This document shows positions 1-13,289 of a stretch of DNA of 64,000 bases, piece after piece. The position numbers and the translations under genes are program-made. The stretch lies in assembly GCA_013239625.1 (NCBI GenBank), contig MU054541.1:17024567-17088566 (forward strand). Direction: 5' to 3'. The notes beneath the pieces are model-generated. The model saw nothing but the letters and a program-made list of their open reading frames with translations. It had not been told where the DNA came from and ran no database searches. Source of the DNA: Lama guanicoe. Taxonomy: Eukaryota. Every line of letters starts with the position of its first letter. The first letter of the stretch is position 1.

Positions 1-3000
1 ACTGAAAAGAGGGACACTTTTTTTTTCATTTTTTCCTGGGATGGCCGCCTTATCTTTAGAGTAAACATTGGGGACAGAAGAAAAAAACTCATAAAAATAT
101 GGCTTAAAAAAATACAACAGTGTCTCAGGCGCGCTCTCCCACGCACTCCTGTGACGCCATTACACCAAGCTCGTCGTCAGAAAGGACTGTCACCGTCCGT
201 TTTTCGTCTGTGAAGGGTTCTGATTCTTTCAGCATGTTCCTATGGTTTTATGGAGCCCCAGACCCCCGGCAGGCCCCCTCGCTGTTGTCAGACAAGGCTG
301 CTGTTAACAGATGTTTGGGTCCCGTCAGCTTCTTCCCACCGCTGACTTCACGAGGGGCTCTGGGAACGGGTGTTTATACTAAGCCTAAATTGATAGGGCA
401 AGTTTAATGCAGTCGGGTCAAAGGTACAACTGCTTAGCCGGGCTCATCAGCCACTCAAGTTTCAGCCTCGGTTTATAAAGAAAGGGCTGCGGTGATAACA
501 TCTGGCTGTTGAGCGTGACTGCGTTTTGCCTCCTATGATTGAACGGAATTTAATGGCGGGGGGTGGGGACCCAGGGCAATTTCATCCCTGAATTATGGTT
601 CCAGATAGATTAGGCAAAGTGGCAGGCTGATCAGCAGGGTCCGGCCACCTAGCAGGCTGGTGAGCGGCCTCGCTCCCCCGGTTCCGCCCGCCCCGACCAC
701 CCCACCCCGCCCGCTCCAGCCCGCTCTCTGGTGATGCTCGTCCGGCTGGCAGTGACGCACCGCTCAGGGAGGAGCAACTGCCGGGGAACCTGTGCTCCCA
801 GGGGGGCTGCGGACCCCTGGGCATGAGCACGCCCACCCCTGGGCAGGGGGTGCCCGGCTGGGTTCCTGCTGCCGGAGGAAGGAGGCGAAGTGGCTCTGGC
901 GTCCACCATCCTGCCAGCTTGCCTGCTTCAGGCCAGGGTTATGAGGACACTGTGACCTTGGGGCCAAAACACATGTGTCGTAAGCCAGCTCTCGGCACCG
1001 CAGGAGAGGACTGCGGCTCCTCCAGCCAGGGCCCGGCGCGGTTGAGCCCAGGGCCTCCGGGGCCGAGCTCTGAATGCACAGCAGCCTCGTCAGCCATCTC
1101 AGCGGCGCGAGAAGCGGACTGTGTGCGTCGGCCTCCACGTCACCCCGGGTCTGTGAAAGTGTCCTTCCCTTAGCCCTTCGGTCGCTGTGTGTCTGTACAA
1201 CTTCTTAAATTTGCAAAAACTGCTTTTAGTGTCAGCAGGTAGGTAGACCAAACTTCTGTGAATGATGGCAGAGACGACCCTCCCCGTGCAATCAGGCTGG
1301 GAGGGTGGCAAGCAGGGCCACCACGTTCACCGTGTTTCTGCTCTAACGTGGAGTGACGTTCCTGGCCCTGGTGCGCGATCGGGACCAGTAGGGGAGGCGC
1401 CTGGCCCCGCAGAGGCTGTGGGGCGAGACGCAGGCGTGGCGCAGGTGAGAGGACCTCGGGGGGACTTGATCCCAGTCCTGGGGCCTCACAGCCGTCTGGC
1501 CTCCAGGGGCTCCCCGAGCCTTTGTTTCTTCGTTGTAGTCAGGGCTGGTGTCTTGTCTGCTTTCCTGCGCGTACTTACCCTGCGTTGTGTGAGTCGAAGG
1601 AGACCCAAAGCCCTTCTCGAGCCCCAGGCCCATGTGAACAGGAGAGTTGCCATCACTGCCCCGCTGGCGGTCCCTCTGGCTGACACCTGGCGATGGGATG
1701 GGGGCAAGTTTAACTCTTCGAGGTCGCCAAGTTAGAAATGAGGCCCCCGAAGGGAACTTCCTGCCTGTGACGTAACACAGCTGACCCAGCAGGCCCAGAC
1801 GTACCAAGCGGCTGCATTAAGGGCAGTAGTTAAGAGGCGCCGTTTTTCAGCTGCAGGGTCTTTTCAGCAGGTCTCCTCATCGCAGGGGGACGTTGAAGGC
1901 GGAGCCATCAGGTGGCGCGGATCCTTGTCTGCCCTGTGCCCCTTCCTCCTCCAGTCCCTTTGTCTCCACCTCAACTCAGTGACCGTCCACGAAGCGCGTC
2001 CCCCGACCAAACGCGAAGCAGGCACACGTGGCCACCGGGCGAGGAGTCCCCGTGAAAGAGGAAAGCTGGGCCCCAAAACTGCAGCCACACTGCCCTGTCC
2101 CGTCCCCGTCAGAGGCTCATCCCCGCCCGAGAAGGAAGATGGGAGGAAGAATACAAAGTGAGCCTAAGGTGAGCCTTCACTCCTTTGCGCTAACCAGCCA
2201 AGGGCCGGCCTCCCTCGCCCTTCCTTGTTAATGGCCACCGGCAGTCTCGGTCCGCGGGCTGGGCCATGACTTCTCTGGCGCGTGAAGCTGAAACTCTCCA
2301 AAGTAATCTCGACTACACACTTTGGGTCCTGAGGAGCACAGGCCACCTTGGGGTACAGCGGGAACAGACGGACCCCCCACCGCTGCTTCCCTGCCGGGCT
2401 GTGTCCCAGGGAGCTACAGACGGGGAACGTCTGTGGACAGACGGACGCATTTCCACGGCACACGTCGTGTGAAGGCGATTCTGGTGAAGGAAGACGTGTG
2501 AATCCTGCGGTTAGGGCCATTCTACTTCAGCTGTTCCAGCTCTTCCAGTGGGGTGGCAGGTGGAGCCTGATCCTGTGCCACCGTGGCCTGCACAGCCCAG
2601 TCTCCGTCTTCTCCCCGATGAAATGCCCGGAGTCCTGCCTGCTTGGAGGTGCAGGATGATCATCCTAATCTGGGCTGGCTTGAATTTTGTGTCCACCGGA
2701 AAACTGACCACTGGGACTCAACCTCTCATCCCTGAAGTGAGGAGGCCCACCTTGTGACGTTGGCCCGGTGGGGTAGGTCTGGGGCTTGGGTGAGCGGGTG
2801 CCTCACAGCTCCCCGAGCCCTGGCGCCAGCATCTTGTGACTTCTCGGTCACCTCCCTGTCTCCCCTGCTGCCACTGCTGCTGTCCTGGTGACGCTGGGCT
2901 CTCCTCGCTCCACCACCCGCTCTTCAGCTGTGACCCTGGCTCTCCCGGCCACCTGCCTCCAGACGTCCCCCTCCAGCTGGACATCAGGCCACTTCCCACA

Positions 3001-3284
3001 TGGTAGGGGAGCACCCACAGAGGACCCGTCCTTCCTCCACCGTGGCTGGGCCCAGAGCACAGCGCCTGCTGCGTCTCAGTCAGACTCCCACTGAGGGTCC
3101 TGGGTGGGAAGGTGATCAAGGACCAGACAGGACAGACGGCCTGGGCTCCCCTCTGACGGCGGGCAGCATCTGCTGCAGCCGCAGGCCCCAGGAGGGGTGA
3201 GGGCTCAGGCTGGGCGGAGCCCAGTGACTGCACTCAGCACACCGTGCAATTCGGAGCAGGTGCTTCTAATTGTTTCTAGACCCA

Positions 3285-3435
3285 CTTCAGGCTTGTCGTG
3301 TGCTCAGACAAGCCACTCAACCGGTCTGTTTCCTTGCATGTCAAGTGGAGATAATGACCCTTACCTGCATCACAGGGGCATCGTGCGAATTAATTAACGT
3401 TTGTGAAGAGCTTGGAAGATGCTCAGCTGGTTACG
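3285..3435 (+). mobile_element. MIR SINE fragment
   Basis: caagccactcaacc..tgtttccttgcatgtcaagtggagataatgaccc..cacaggggcatcgtgcgaattaa matches the MIR core (caagttacttaacc..gtttcctcatctgtaaaatggggataat..agggttgttgtgaggattaa). Confidence 0.75.
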
Positions 3436-6400
3436 TGTTGAGGGACCCTGAGGATGGACCTCGTGTGTTATTAGAGCCCCCACCCGGCCCCACCACTCAC
3501 TGAGACGCCCAGGCTCTGACAGCACCCAATGTGCCGTCCACACAGGGCCTCGACTTAGCCCAGCGGGTTGACTGCTGACAGCGTGGGATGCAGCTACGAC
3601 CCCTGGACCCACGGCAGCCTCCCGGAAGCCGGGAGGACCCGCCGTGTGTTTGCTGTTTGCGGTGCTTGCTGGGGTTTCTCTCCCCGCTCACGTGGCGACA
3701 CTCAGATGCAGGTTAAAACCTGCCCGCCGGGGCTTGCGGCCTCTTCAGACCGTATCTCAGGGTCAAGGTGGGAGGCCGTCTGGTGAGACCAGCGCGGACT
3801 GAATTGCAAATCCGAGGGACTCCTCTGGAAAGGAAGAGGCCCTGACGCGCTTGTCCTCCGGGCGGCGCCCTGGAGGTGCCGGGTGCTGCGGTGCGCACGC
3901 CTGTCCCTGGCCACCTGTCCCTTGCTGTTGTGTCTGTCTGAAACAGACTTTCAGCAGGATTTGGATGTTAGATTCGCCATCTTCTGTGATGCTGCGTTCC
4001 CTACACCTCACAAACCAAACAGGTGGGTGGAACTCGGGTCCCAGCAGCTAATAATCAGAACAGGAAGCGCTGGTCCCCAGCCGGGTCCGAGCTCTGTCTC
4101 TTGTCCAGTGATGGAAGAAGTCGTGCCCGCCACTTAGGGTCCGACCGCGCTCGGTGCCGGCGACTCACCGAGGGGCGATCCTGCACGTCCTCCCCCTCGT
4201 GCTCCTCCGCTTCCTCCTCACGTGTCCTCTCCGCCCCCGCCGCCTTTCCGGAGCGATCCGTGTGGCGTCAGCGGCCCTTCTCTTTGGGGCAGTGTGTGCG
4301 TTTTTCTGGATGTTGGGGCTCTAAGCCTCAAGACTCCGTGAGCCCCAGTCTTTCAGGTTTTGTCTGAAGAGTTAAGTCCAAAAGGAGATTTTTCAAACCC
4401 CTGTAACCGAAGTTCTTGGCTTTACAGAAAAGACTCTCCAGCCCCATCAGGGCCCCTTGCGTCCGATGGCAGGTGGGTTGGTGGCCTTGCCGCCCCTTTC
4501 CCGCCACCACCCAGGGTGACCAGAGCTGGGCTTCCGACTCGCCGAGGCAGGGAGGCGTGAGTGTGTCCCTCCAGGTGCCACTTAGACCCTCCTGAGGAGC
4601 ACAGCCGGCCTCAGGCCGGGGCAGCGCCTCCAGGCCAGGGGCCCCCGCGCCCCACGCGGAGCCCGGGTTGAAGAGGCCTCCTTTCCTAGTGAGCCTCCGC
4701 CGCCTTGTAGGGGAATAAAGCGGGTTGAGAGCTGACGTCGCTGTTTTCACAAAATGGGCCTCATCATCTTGACCGTCTTTTGGCTTCAGTTTCCTGAGTA
4801 ACCAGGCATCTTTCAAACGCCGGCGTTTTCCTCTAGGCCCCCGGGAGTTCGCCCTGGCAGATGGCCGGTTGATGGTGCCCACCCCCTTGTGGGGTCCTCG
4901 CGGCTGGAGCCCCACGCGGGGCGAGGAGGAGCAGGGAGAGCGGGGCACCCCCTCGGCCTCCCTGCGTCCCCGGGCGGGACTGGTGGGCAGCAGGCTGGCC
5001 CCTCGACGCACCTGTTACGGGGCAGCCATGCTCTGACACTCGTGTAGGGCGGGGGCGGGACTAGTGGGGTGACTGAAGGCCTCAGGTTCGGTTGAGGAGG
5101 GTGAATGGCACCGCGTGGGAATCGGGCCACAGTGAAGGCGTGAGGCAAGCCCCAGCACCCGGGGTCCCAGCACCGACCCCCTCCTGCCGCCCAGGGCCCC
5201 ACCGGCCCCAGAGGCCCAGCAGGGAGTCATTCAGGCGTCAGAGGGCCGGTGGCCCTCCCTGCCCGCCCACCGGGCTCTCCTCCCCAGGCACACCCACCTC
5301 AGTCCTCGGACGTTTCTGGCCAGGGCCTGGCTGGGGTGACGGCACCACACTGCCAGTGACATCACTGCCGTTACTGCCCCCCCAGGCCTGGTGCCTCGGC
5401 CTGGGGGGTAGGAGAGAGGTCAGCTGCGTGAGTTTACATGCTTTAAATATTCCAGATTCTATGGTTTTGAGAAGAATTATAAACGTGTGTTGATTTTTTA
5501 ACTCTTACTTGTTTATGCCTTCAAAATTTAATCAATCCAAGAAATTCCTTGTTTCTTGGTGGTCAGTAGACTTGATGTGACTGAGTGCGCCGTCAGGTAG
5601 ACCAGGCAGGGCGTGGAGAACTGGTCCCCCGGCCCACGCCAGGCGGTCCCCTCTGGGCCTCCTGGGGCCTGGGTGGGGGCACAGGTCAGTGGAGTCGGGG
5701 GGGAAAGCTGTAGATAAAACTAGATTTCACAGACTGTGGCTTCAGCTTTGAAACCGTGGGCATGTTGGAATGTGCTCATTAGAGAAGCAACGCTAATTAA
5801 AATTGGTATTTTCGCCCACGTCCCCATAAAGAGAGCACGTCGTGTACACACACCTCCGGGGTGGAGGACGGAGATTCTTGCAGTCAGCTCGTGGTGGGCC
5901 CCCCGCTGGCGGGAAGACAGCCCCCAAGATAACGTTGTTGGCGATTCAGGGATGTGTTTCCTCGGTCCTCATTTGGAAATCTGATTGCAGACTCACACCC
6001 TCCGGTGTCAGGTATGTGGCGGGAGCCAGGCCACATGGGACGGTGAACTTGGCCTTCCGAGGTCTGACCGGCTGGCCTTACCGCACCCCCGACCACCCCT
6101 GGGCCCGCAGACGCCACCTCGCAAAGTGGAGGCTGTCCCCAGGCCACCTGAGGGCTCCAGCACCAGCGGCGAGGCGACGCTGACTCACAAGGCGCTGGAA
6201 GGTCTGAGTCGCCTTTACCTGGACAGCGGCCGGGCCGTGTCGAACAGTCCCGTGAGTGCAGGCAGCTCGCCTGCGCAAAGAAGAAAGAAGAGCTTCCACC
6301 TCGTGGATTTGGCAGATGTCACACGGCTGGGGTGCCGGGGTCGGGCGCCTGGGGTCCGAGTGCCACCTCGCAGCGTCTGTGCAGCCTCAGTCCAGCTTCC

Positions 6401-6934
6401 GAACTCCTTTGTCAGTCTCTTCGTAAGTGCGCTGGGCGTCAGGGTGTCCTGGACGTCAGGTTGTGACCCTGACTGTGAAATTGTCGGTCACCACGATGGC
6501 CTACCCATCGGCCAAATAAAACGCTCTCGGGCGATGTATACGGACAGTCTTTACACCCTCCTTTCTAGTTTTGTGTTAAAAATGGCTTTCAACCTTAAAA
6601 AAAAACTAATGTGAATATTTTACTTACATTTGAAAATTCTTCACTTAAGAAAGATTTATATGTGTCAGTTGAGCCTGAAATAGTCGACTGGGCGGCTTTG
6701 GAAATTTGAAAGAGCAGTGAGAGTCCATGCAGTCATCCCTGCGCTTCAGCAGCTCTGCATGTTCAGCCTCATGGTGGGACCAGCACCGCAGTAGGTTCTC
6801 AAGACGCAGAAATTAAGGCTCCGATGCCCACTGGAGAAGTGGCTGGGGGACACCTCTGAAAGATAAAGGAGCGTCAGTGGTCCATTGCTGTGTTTATTCA
6901 GTAGTTTGTTTATTTTTAAGTTGAGTATTGATGG

Positions 6935-8420
6935 AGATTTTATTGTGGCAAAACACACATGCATTTTACCGTGCTGACCGTTTCCAAGTGTACGGCTCAG
7001 TGGGGCTGGCTACGTCCACGCTGTTGGGAAACCACCGCCACACCCCCTCCCCAGAGCTCTTTCGCGTCCCAGCTGCAGGTTGGCGTCCAGCCCCTCCCCG
7101 GCCCCTGGCCAGCACCGCCCCCCCCCCCCCCTCCCCCGGGTCCAGGTTTTTGTCCTTTTGCGACTGGCTGAGCGTCGTGTGCTCGGGGTCCTTCCACGTT
7201 TAGCAGGTGTCAGGGTTTCCTTCCTTTTCAGAGCTGCGTAGGACTCCACTGTGTGCACACGCCTCACTCTGTGTGTCTGTCGCCTGTGGGTGGGTGCTGG
7301 GGTGGCTCCGCCCTCAGCTGCTGTGAATGTGGGCGCACACATGTCTGCTCAGGGCCCTGCCTCCGGTTATTCTGGACAGACACCCAGAAGTAGAACTGCT
7401 GGGTTACATGTTAGTTCTGCTTTTACTTTCCTGAGGAGCCTCCATGCGGTTTGCCCGACAGTACCCCCACACCCTCACCAACACCTTTATCATTTCTGAG
7501 TGGCCGTCCCGTGGGCGAGAAGCAGCGGCTCCTGCGGCTGGTGTGTCCGTGCGTGTCAGCAGCTCTCACTTGCTGTTGCCCGTTCGCGTGTCTTTGAGGA
7601 AATGTCTGTTCGAGTCCTTGCCCGCTTTTCACTTAGGACGTGTGTTTCGCTGCTGGGCTGTGCGGGTCCCTTGTATATTCTGGACCTTATCAGACACGTG
7701 ACTTTCAGACATTTTCTCCCATAGCTGCCTTTGCACCCTGCTCTTTGTGCCCTTGATGCACTGAAGCTTTAAGTTTGGACGTGGCCCCGTGCGCCACTGC
7801 CTGTGCTTTTGCTGTCATATCCAAGAATGTGCTGCCAGACCCAGGGTCACAAGCCTTCTCCCTTATGTTCTCTCTTAACAGCTTTATAATTTTAGCTCTA
7901 AGGCTCAGATCCCTCATCCACGCTGAGTTGATTTTTGTAAGCGGTGTAAGGTCAAGGTCCAGCGTCATTCTGTTGCGTGTGGATGTCCGGCTTTTCGGCC
8001 ACTTGTCCTTTCCCCACTGATGGTCTCGGCGCCGTTGCTGAAAATCGCTTGATCGTACGTGCAAGGGTTTAATTCTGGAATCCCTGTTCCATCCCCCAGT
8101 GTGTGTGTCTGTCTGTCTGTCTTCCAGCACCGCACCGCTGTGACTAGCATAGCTCGGTCGTAAGTTTGGAAGTCAGGAAGCGTGAAACCTCCAACTTTGT
8201 TCTTTTTTTCAAGATTCTTTTGTCTGTTCCCAAACCCGTGAGTTTTAGGATGGAGTCTTATATCCGCCCAAAAAAACCCCAAAAAGCTATTGCAGTTTTA
8301 ACAGGGACGGCATTGGGCGTGTAGGCGTCCCTGGGTGGTGCTGCCGTCTTGACATGGGAAGCCCTTGAATCCATGAACACAGGGTGAAGAGTTTCCATTT
8401 GTTTGTGTCTTTCGCAGCTA
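6935..8420 (-). mobile_element. Ancient LINE-1 fragment (L1MB-like 3' UTR plus degenerate ORF2 C-terminal part)
   Basis: Minus-strand translations KNKVGGFTLPDFQTYDRA (L1 ORF2p KNKAGGITLPDFKLYYKA) and LDLDLTPLTKINSAWMRDLSLRAKIIKLLRENI ([33 protein letters not shown]). The 3' UTR signature tttattgtgg..tttacc..aagtgtac..cagtgg is present. Confidence 0.92.
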
Positions 8421-11400
8421 TTTTCGATGTTCCATTAAAAGCACAGCACCAGCTTAGAGCTTGGAGAAAAGGGAAAATGAATCTTCTTTCCTGGAGTGGA
8501 CCACAGGCCAGTCTGAATCAGACAGGTTCTAAGAAGGAGTCAGACAGAGATGAGAAGTGGCCCCAGTGGAGCGCATCGGGGTGACGCCTGGCGGGTCAGA
8601 GGACCGCGCATTAGGACCCGCGGGAGACTGAGCTGAGCACACAGGCCGGGGGGTAGGCAGGGAGGCCAGGAGCCCAGTGGGCGGTGACCCGGCTGCCCGA
8701 GGAGGGAGAGAAGGAGGCCCCGCAAGCCTGGAGTGATGGGGGCACTTAGCCTCGGGTGACCAGCTGTGTGTGTGTGTGTCAGTCTGTGCCCGTCCAACAC
8801 GCAGGAGGGATGCACGGAGTGTGTGGACGAAGGGAGCCCGTCGGCGGTTTCTGGGCGGCCAGAAAGCAAACCTGCAGTTTCTCAAGCGCGGGCCTCCCGG
8901 GAGAGCCTCTCCTGACCTCCCATCACCGGTTCTAGCACTTGGCCCTCCGGCGAAGGTTTGTGACGGTCACTGTCCGCGAGGAGACGTAGCCGTCGGTGTG
9001 GCAGGTAGCAGGTGAGCGCGTGGCGTCTGGCGCTGTGTGCTCGGGAGAAGGGCGTTGCGCGGTGACGGTGCAGGCAGGCAGGGTGGACACCATGTCGGCG
9101 AGGTGGCCGAGGCTGCAGACCCCCCAAACACCCGTGCTGTCCGCCCTCCCCCCGATCCCTGAGGCCCGGCCTCCAGCCAGAGACCCACAAGTAGGCGCCG
9201 AGAGGTCACTGCGGAAACCTGGAAGCGAACGGTCACACCATGTGACCCTAAGTAAAAGCCCACGGTGGGGCCACTTCCTGCGGGGCAGAGCGGGGAGTGG
9301 TGGGGGTGGCCTCTGGGTATGAGACCTGGTGTGTCCTAGCCCCTGGCCGCAGCCGTCCCCCACGGCCTCGCACTGCCGGGTGGCTGTGCGCTCAGCGTCG
9401 TCAGAGCCCTGGTGGCCCAGGACCCAGAGATGGAGGCTCCTGGAGCATCGAGGGGGGCCTCCTTCCCTTCCCTTCCTGGTCCCTCCCTGCAAGGACCGGA
9501 AACGCCGTCTGGGCCACGTTGGCAGGTGGGTGCGTGAGGCCCACAGCGCGCTCAGGGGCCCCGATCTGTCTGACTTTCCCAGCCCCTCCCTGAGTGTCCT
9601 AACCTGCGGGACAGGTGTGAGCTCAGATGCGGCGAGAACAGGCCAGGGGTGAGTGTGGGCCGCGGCCTATGTGCCCCAGCAGGCCCAGGGCCGCCTGCCC
9701 GACCAGACCTGAGGGCTGGGAGCGCTGGTGGAGGTGGTGAGGCCCAGCAAGACGAGACCGATTCAGGTGCGGCGCCCCTGGGGCCCAGCCCTGCTGAGCC
9801 CAGGCCTGGATTTTGTCCCGCAAAGGGCCAGGGGGAGCCCCCGTCCTCACTGGTGCCCCCGCTCTGCCCCAGAGAGCACGGGGGCCTCTGGGCATTTTCC
9901 TGCTCTGTTCACACGTGTTCGCTTCTCAGTCTAACAGGACTGTCGCGGTCCTTTAAGGCACTTAGTTAGAGGCAGTGAGGCTAGAGGTTCCCCTCTGTAC
10001 TTGCGTCCTGCTCTACTGGGTGCTGCCAGGGTGCGAGGGGCCCCTGGAACGAGCCATCTGGGGGCACTGCGAGGGGCCGGCCCTTCCAGGAGCCGCTTCC
10101 ACGTTCAGGAGGAGACGGCATGCCCCTGGCTGCTGGCTGTCTTCTCGGCACGTGGATGCCCCCAAAGAGGAGCTGCTGGGCCAGGGCAGAGCCCGCCGCC
10201 CTCCTGCCTTTGGGGGTGCGGCCGCCTCCACGGTTCGAGCTCTGGGCGCCTTGCTGGTGGTGTTCACACCAGTCTCCGCTCAGTGGGCAGGGATGGGCGC
10301 CGCCGCGGCCTCAGAGGCGGTCAGACAGCCGGGCAGCCACTCGGGCCCTTTCTGGGGGTGAGGGTTAGCGCCACCAGCCAGGAGACGCGCCAGGAGGGCC
10401 TTTCTGTCCTTCCTAGGGGGCCTGGAAGGCAGGTCTAGAAAATGCTTCTGAAACCAGGAGCCCGCCACCTGCATGAGGGAACAAGACAGGTTAGCACTGT
10501 TTTCTCAAAAAGCTGGCGGGACCCTCCATCCCAGGGATAGCACCAGAGCAACCCAGAAATGTCTGTAGAGAAGGACGCGGTGAACTTCCCTCCAGTGCAG
10601 GGAAGAGGTGGCTGGGAGGGTCACGAGGGTGACCGGCCATTGTCTGGGCAGAGCTGGAATGTGGCAGAAGGAGGCGGGGCCCTTTGCCGCGCAGCAGTGC
10701 TGCGGCGAAGAAGGCGCCAGCTGGACCTGCTGCGTCTGCGCGTGTGTAACGTGCTTCCCTCTGCAGGTGCGGTGACAGGAGTTCACTCCTCTGGGAATCG
10801 TAGTTGGACGGGGGGCTCACCAGGAGACAGAAACGCACCCTCAGATGTGCTCCATGGAGGGTGGCGTGCACAGCGTCACCTGTGTGATGCCACCACCATC
10901 AGACGGTGGGTTAGGCTTAGAGGCCGAGTAGCTGCCCGATGAATGGCCCCTGAATTGACCTCTGAGCCCGAGTTCCCCCATCTGCTAAGAAGGGAGTGGC
11001 GCGTCCTTGAAACCTGGCAGGGTGAGCCTAGCGGACGGTGTGCCCCCGCCGGCAGCAGGCCCTGCCCCCAGACTGCCCCCGAGAAGGCGTCACGGCGTCA
11101 CTCAGGGCTGGGAGAACTGACGTTCACCTCCCACACCCGGAAACCCAGCCCCGTGGAAGTGACTTTCAGCAAAACCTGAACCCAGCATGGGAGTGGTCTT
11201 CTGCAGACAACTTTTGAAGTCAATGCTTTTTTAAAAATAACACTTATAATCACATATCTGTATTTAAAAGGGATGCCTTAAAATTAATCTCATGTTCTCC
11301 GTTTCTGATTTTGTAGTGTTGCCTTTACGGCCGTTGTATCTGGAAATTCAGAGAGAATTCAGAATAAGTTCATGGAGGAGCTGTGAGGAGGCTGTTCATG

Positions 11401-13289
11401 TTTCTGAGCCTTTGTCAGCAGGTCTCTGGCACGACCAGCAGAGAAATCAAACACAGAGGCCACAGCCGATGGTTCCCACAGTGTTTTTACATTTTGACCT
11501 ATAAAATGAAGCTATGTTAATGAAAATGCTTTCACTTAAATTTGCTAATAGCTACGACGTTTCATTATTTGGGAGTGGAAACTAGGTAGACAGGCCCCGC
11601 GGGGCCGAGGTCTGGCAGCTCTCTGTGCAGAGCAGCTCTGCACCTTCACTGAGGAGGCACTGAAGGGGCAGAGGGGAATGTAACTGTCCGTTCTTAACAC
11701 GTGTCCAGAACTGGGCTTCGCTCTAATACCAAGGCTTTCGGGTTCAGCAGAACCGTTGCCCGCCCCACGTTTTCTCCTGTAAAAGCGGTAACGCTGTGCT
11801 GCCAGCGGTGACGTTAAGCCACACCTCGAGTTGCCGCCCTCGAGCGGTGACATAAAACATCGCAGCACCTCCCACGTCGCTGACGCTGCTCCGAGGACAG
11901 TTTAAGATAAGTGAGCAGCTCAGGGTTTTCTTCAGGTCAGAGGAGACGCCGAAACATGCAGGTACACGAGAGCCATCCGGGACCCTTCCCTCTGAACTCT
12001 TCCCCGCAGAACAGCCACTCTGCCGGTGCCGTCACTGCCACAGAGCCGTGGTAGGAAAACCCTGACAAGAGAGGCCGTCCTCGAAAATCAGGGGAAGAGC
12101 TCAAAGCAAGGATGAGGTCCCTCTTCAGCAGGTGTCCTAGGGGCCTTGCTGCGGCAGCATCTTTGCTGGGCCCGGGCCCAGCGCTAACGGACTTGACGGG
12201 GCTCCTCCACCACGGCGGGCACTGCAGCGACAGCCCCCGCGCCCCCAGAAGCCGGACGGGGCGGGGGGTTCCGGGCTGGTCCTCGGGGGAGGGTTTGAGG
12301 TGGGGGGTGTCCCGTGGAGTCTGGAGCCTTCTGAGAAGGAGTTGCTCGTCCTCCCCACCGCGGCCTGAGGTTTCCACGATCCTTCCAGGTGGAGCCCAGC
12401 CCCCGTACTCGGCAGAGCCTGGTCTCCCACCTCCATCCCCTGGACCCCCCACTGACCCCGCTAGCGACCCTGCGGGCGAGCCGCAGTCCTTGGTCTCCCG
12501 CCCGTCTCCCACCCGTCCTCTGCTCAGCCGGAGGTGCTGTGCTTTGTCTCTGGAGCTAAGTCTCGGCCCCAGGATGCTCCCAGACCCTTCCGCCTACTGG
12601 GGATGTCCTGTTTTTTAAATTTTTTAAAAAGCTGCCTAAATTCTTGGTGGCACAGGCCAGACCAAAGGAGCCTGGCACCTCTCCCAGCGTCTCTGCGAAT
12701 GACCCGGCTTCTGGGAACTTACTGCTTCTGCTGAGCACCCTTGCTCGCTCTGAATGTCCTTCCGTTTTCCACACGACGTAGCAGGTCAGATGTTCTGTAA
12801 GTTCAAGGCTTTGGTAGAGAAGCCGAGGAAGTAAACTCTAAAACCGCACGTTGGACCGGCCCCCTCTTCAGTCCCTGGTCAGAATCAAGCTCTTCACCCT
12901 CTGGCATCTACCCCGCAGCCCCGCTAGGTCGTGACACCTTCACGCAGAGCTCAGCCCTGCCGTCCGCACTGCCGCCAAGCCAGGCAGGACAGGGCGGGAC
13001 TGGGTCTGGCCGCCTGTGCCCGGGGGAGTGTCCGCGTGGTCTGTAGGAGGCAGACTGACCGCCTGATGGGCTCTCTGGGGCCCGGCTGTGAGCTGACCTC
13101 CACATGGCCCCAGGGCGTTTAGCTGTATGTTCAAAGCCCAGAACCCGGGCCGTGAGGACATTCGAGCCGTCGTCTTCGCTGAGTTTCTAGCTACAGGAAG
13201 GCGAGGAGCCCTGTGCACCTGCCTGCTCCCTGGTTAATCCCACGTGTCCTGAGTGTGGTCGGAGAGGACTGGAAAACAAACCTGATAAA

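Noticed and set aside
7705-8282. ORFs resembling a reverse-transcriptase-type gene or novel retro-system
   Set aside because: Frameshifted, degenerate pieces of ordinary L1 ORF2, not an intact gene.
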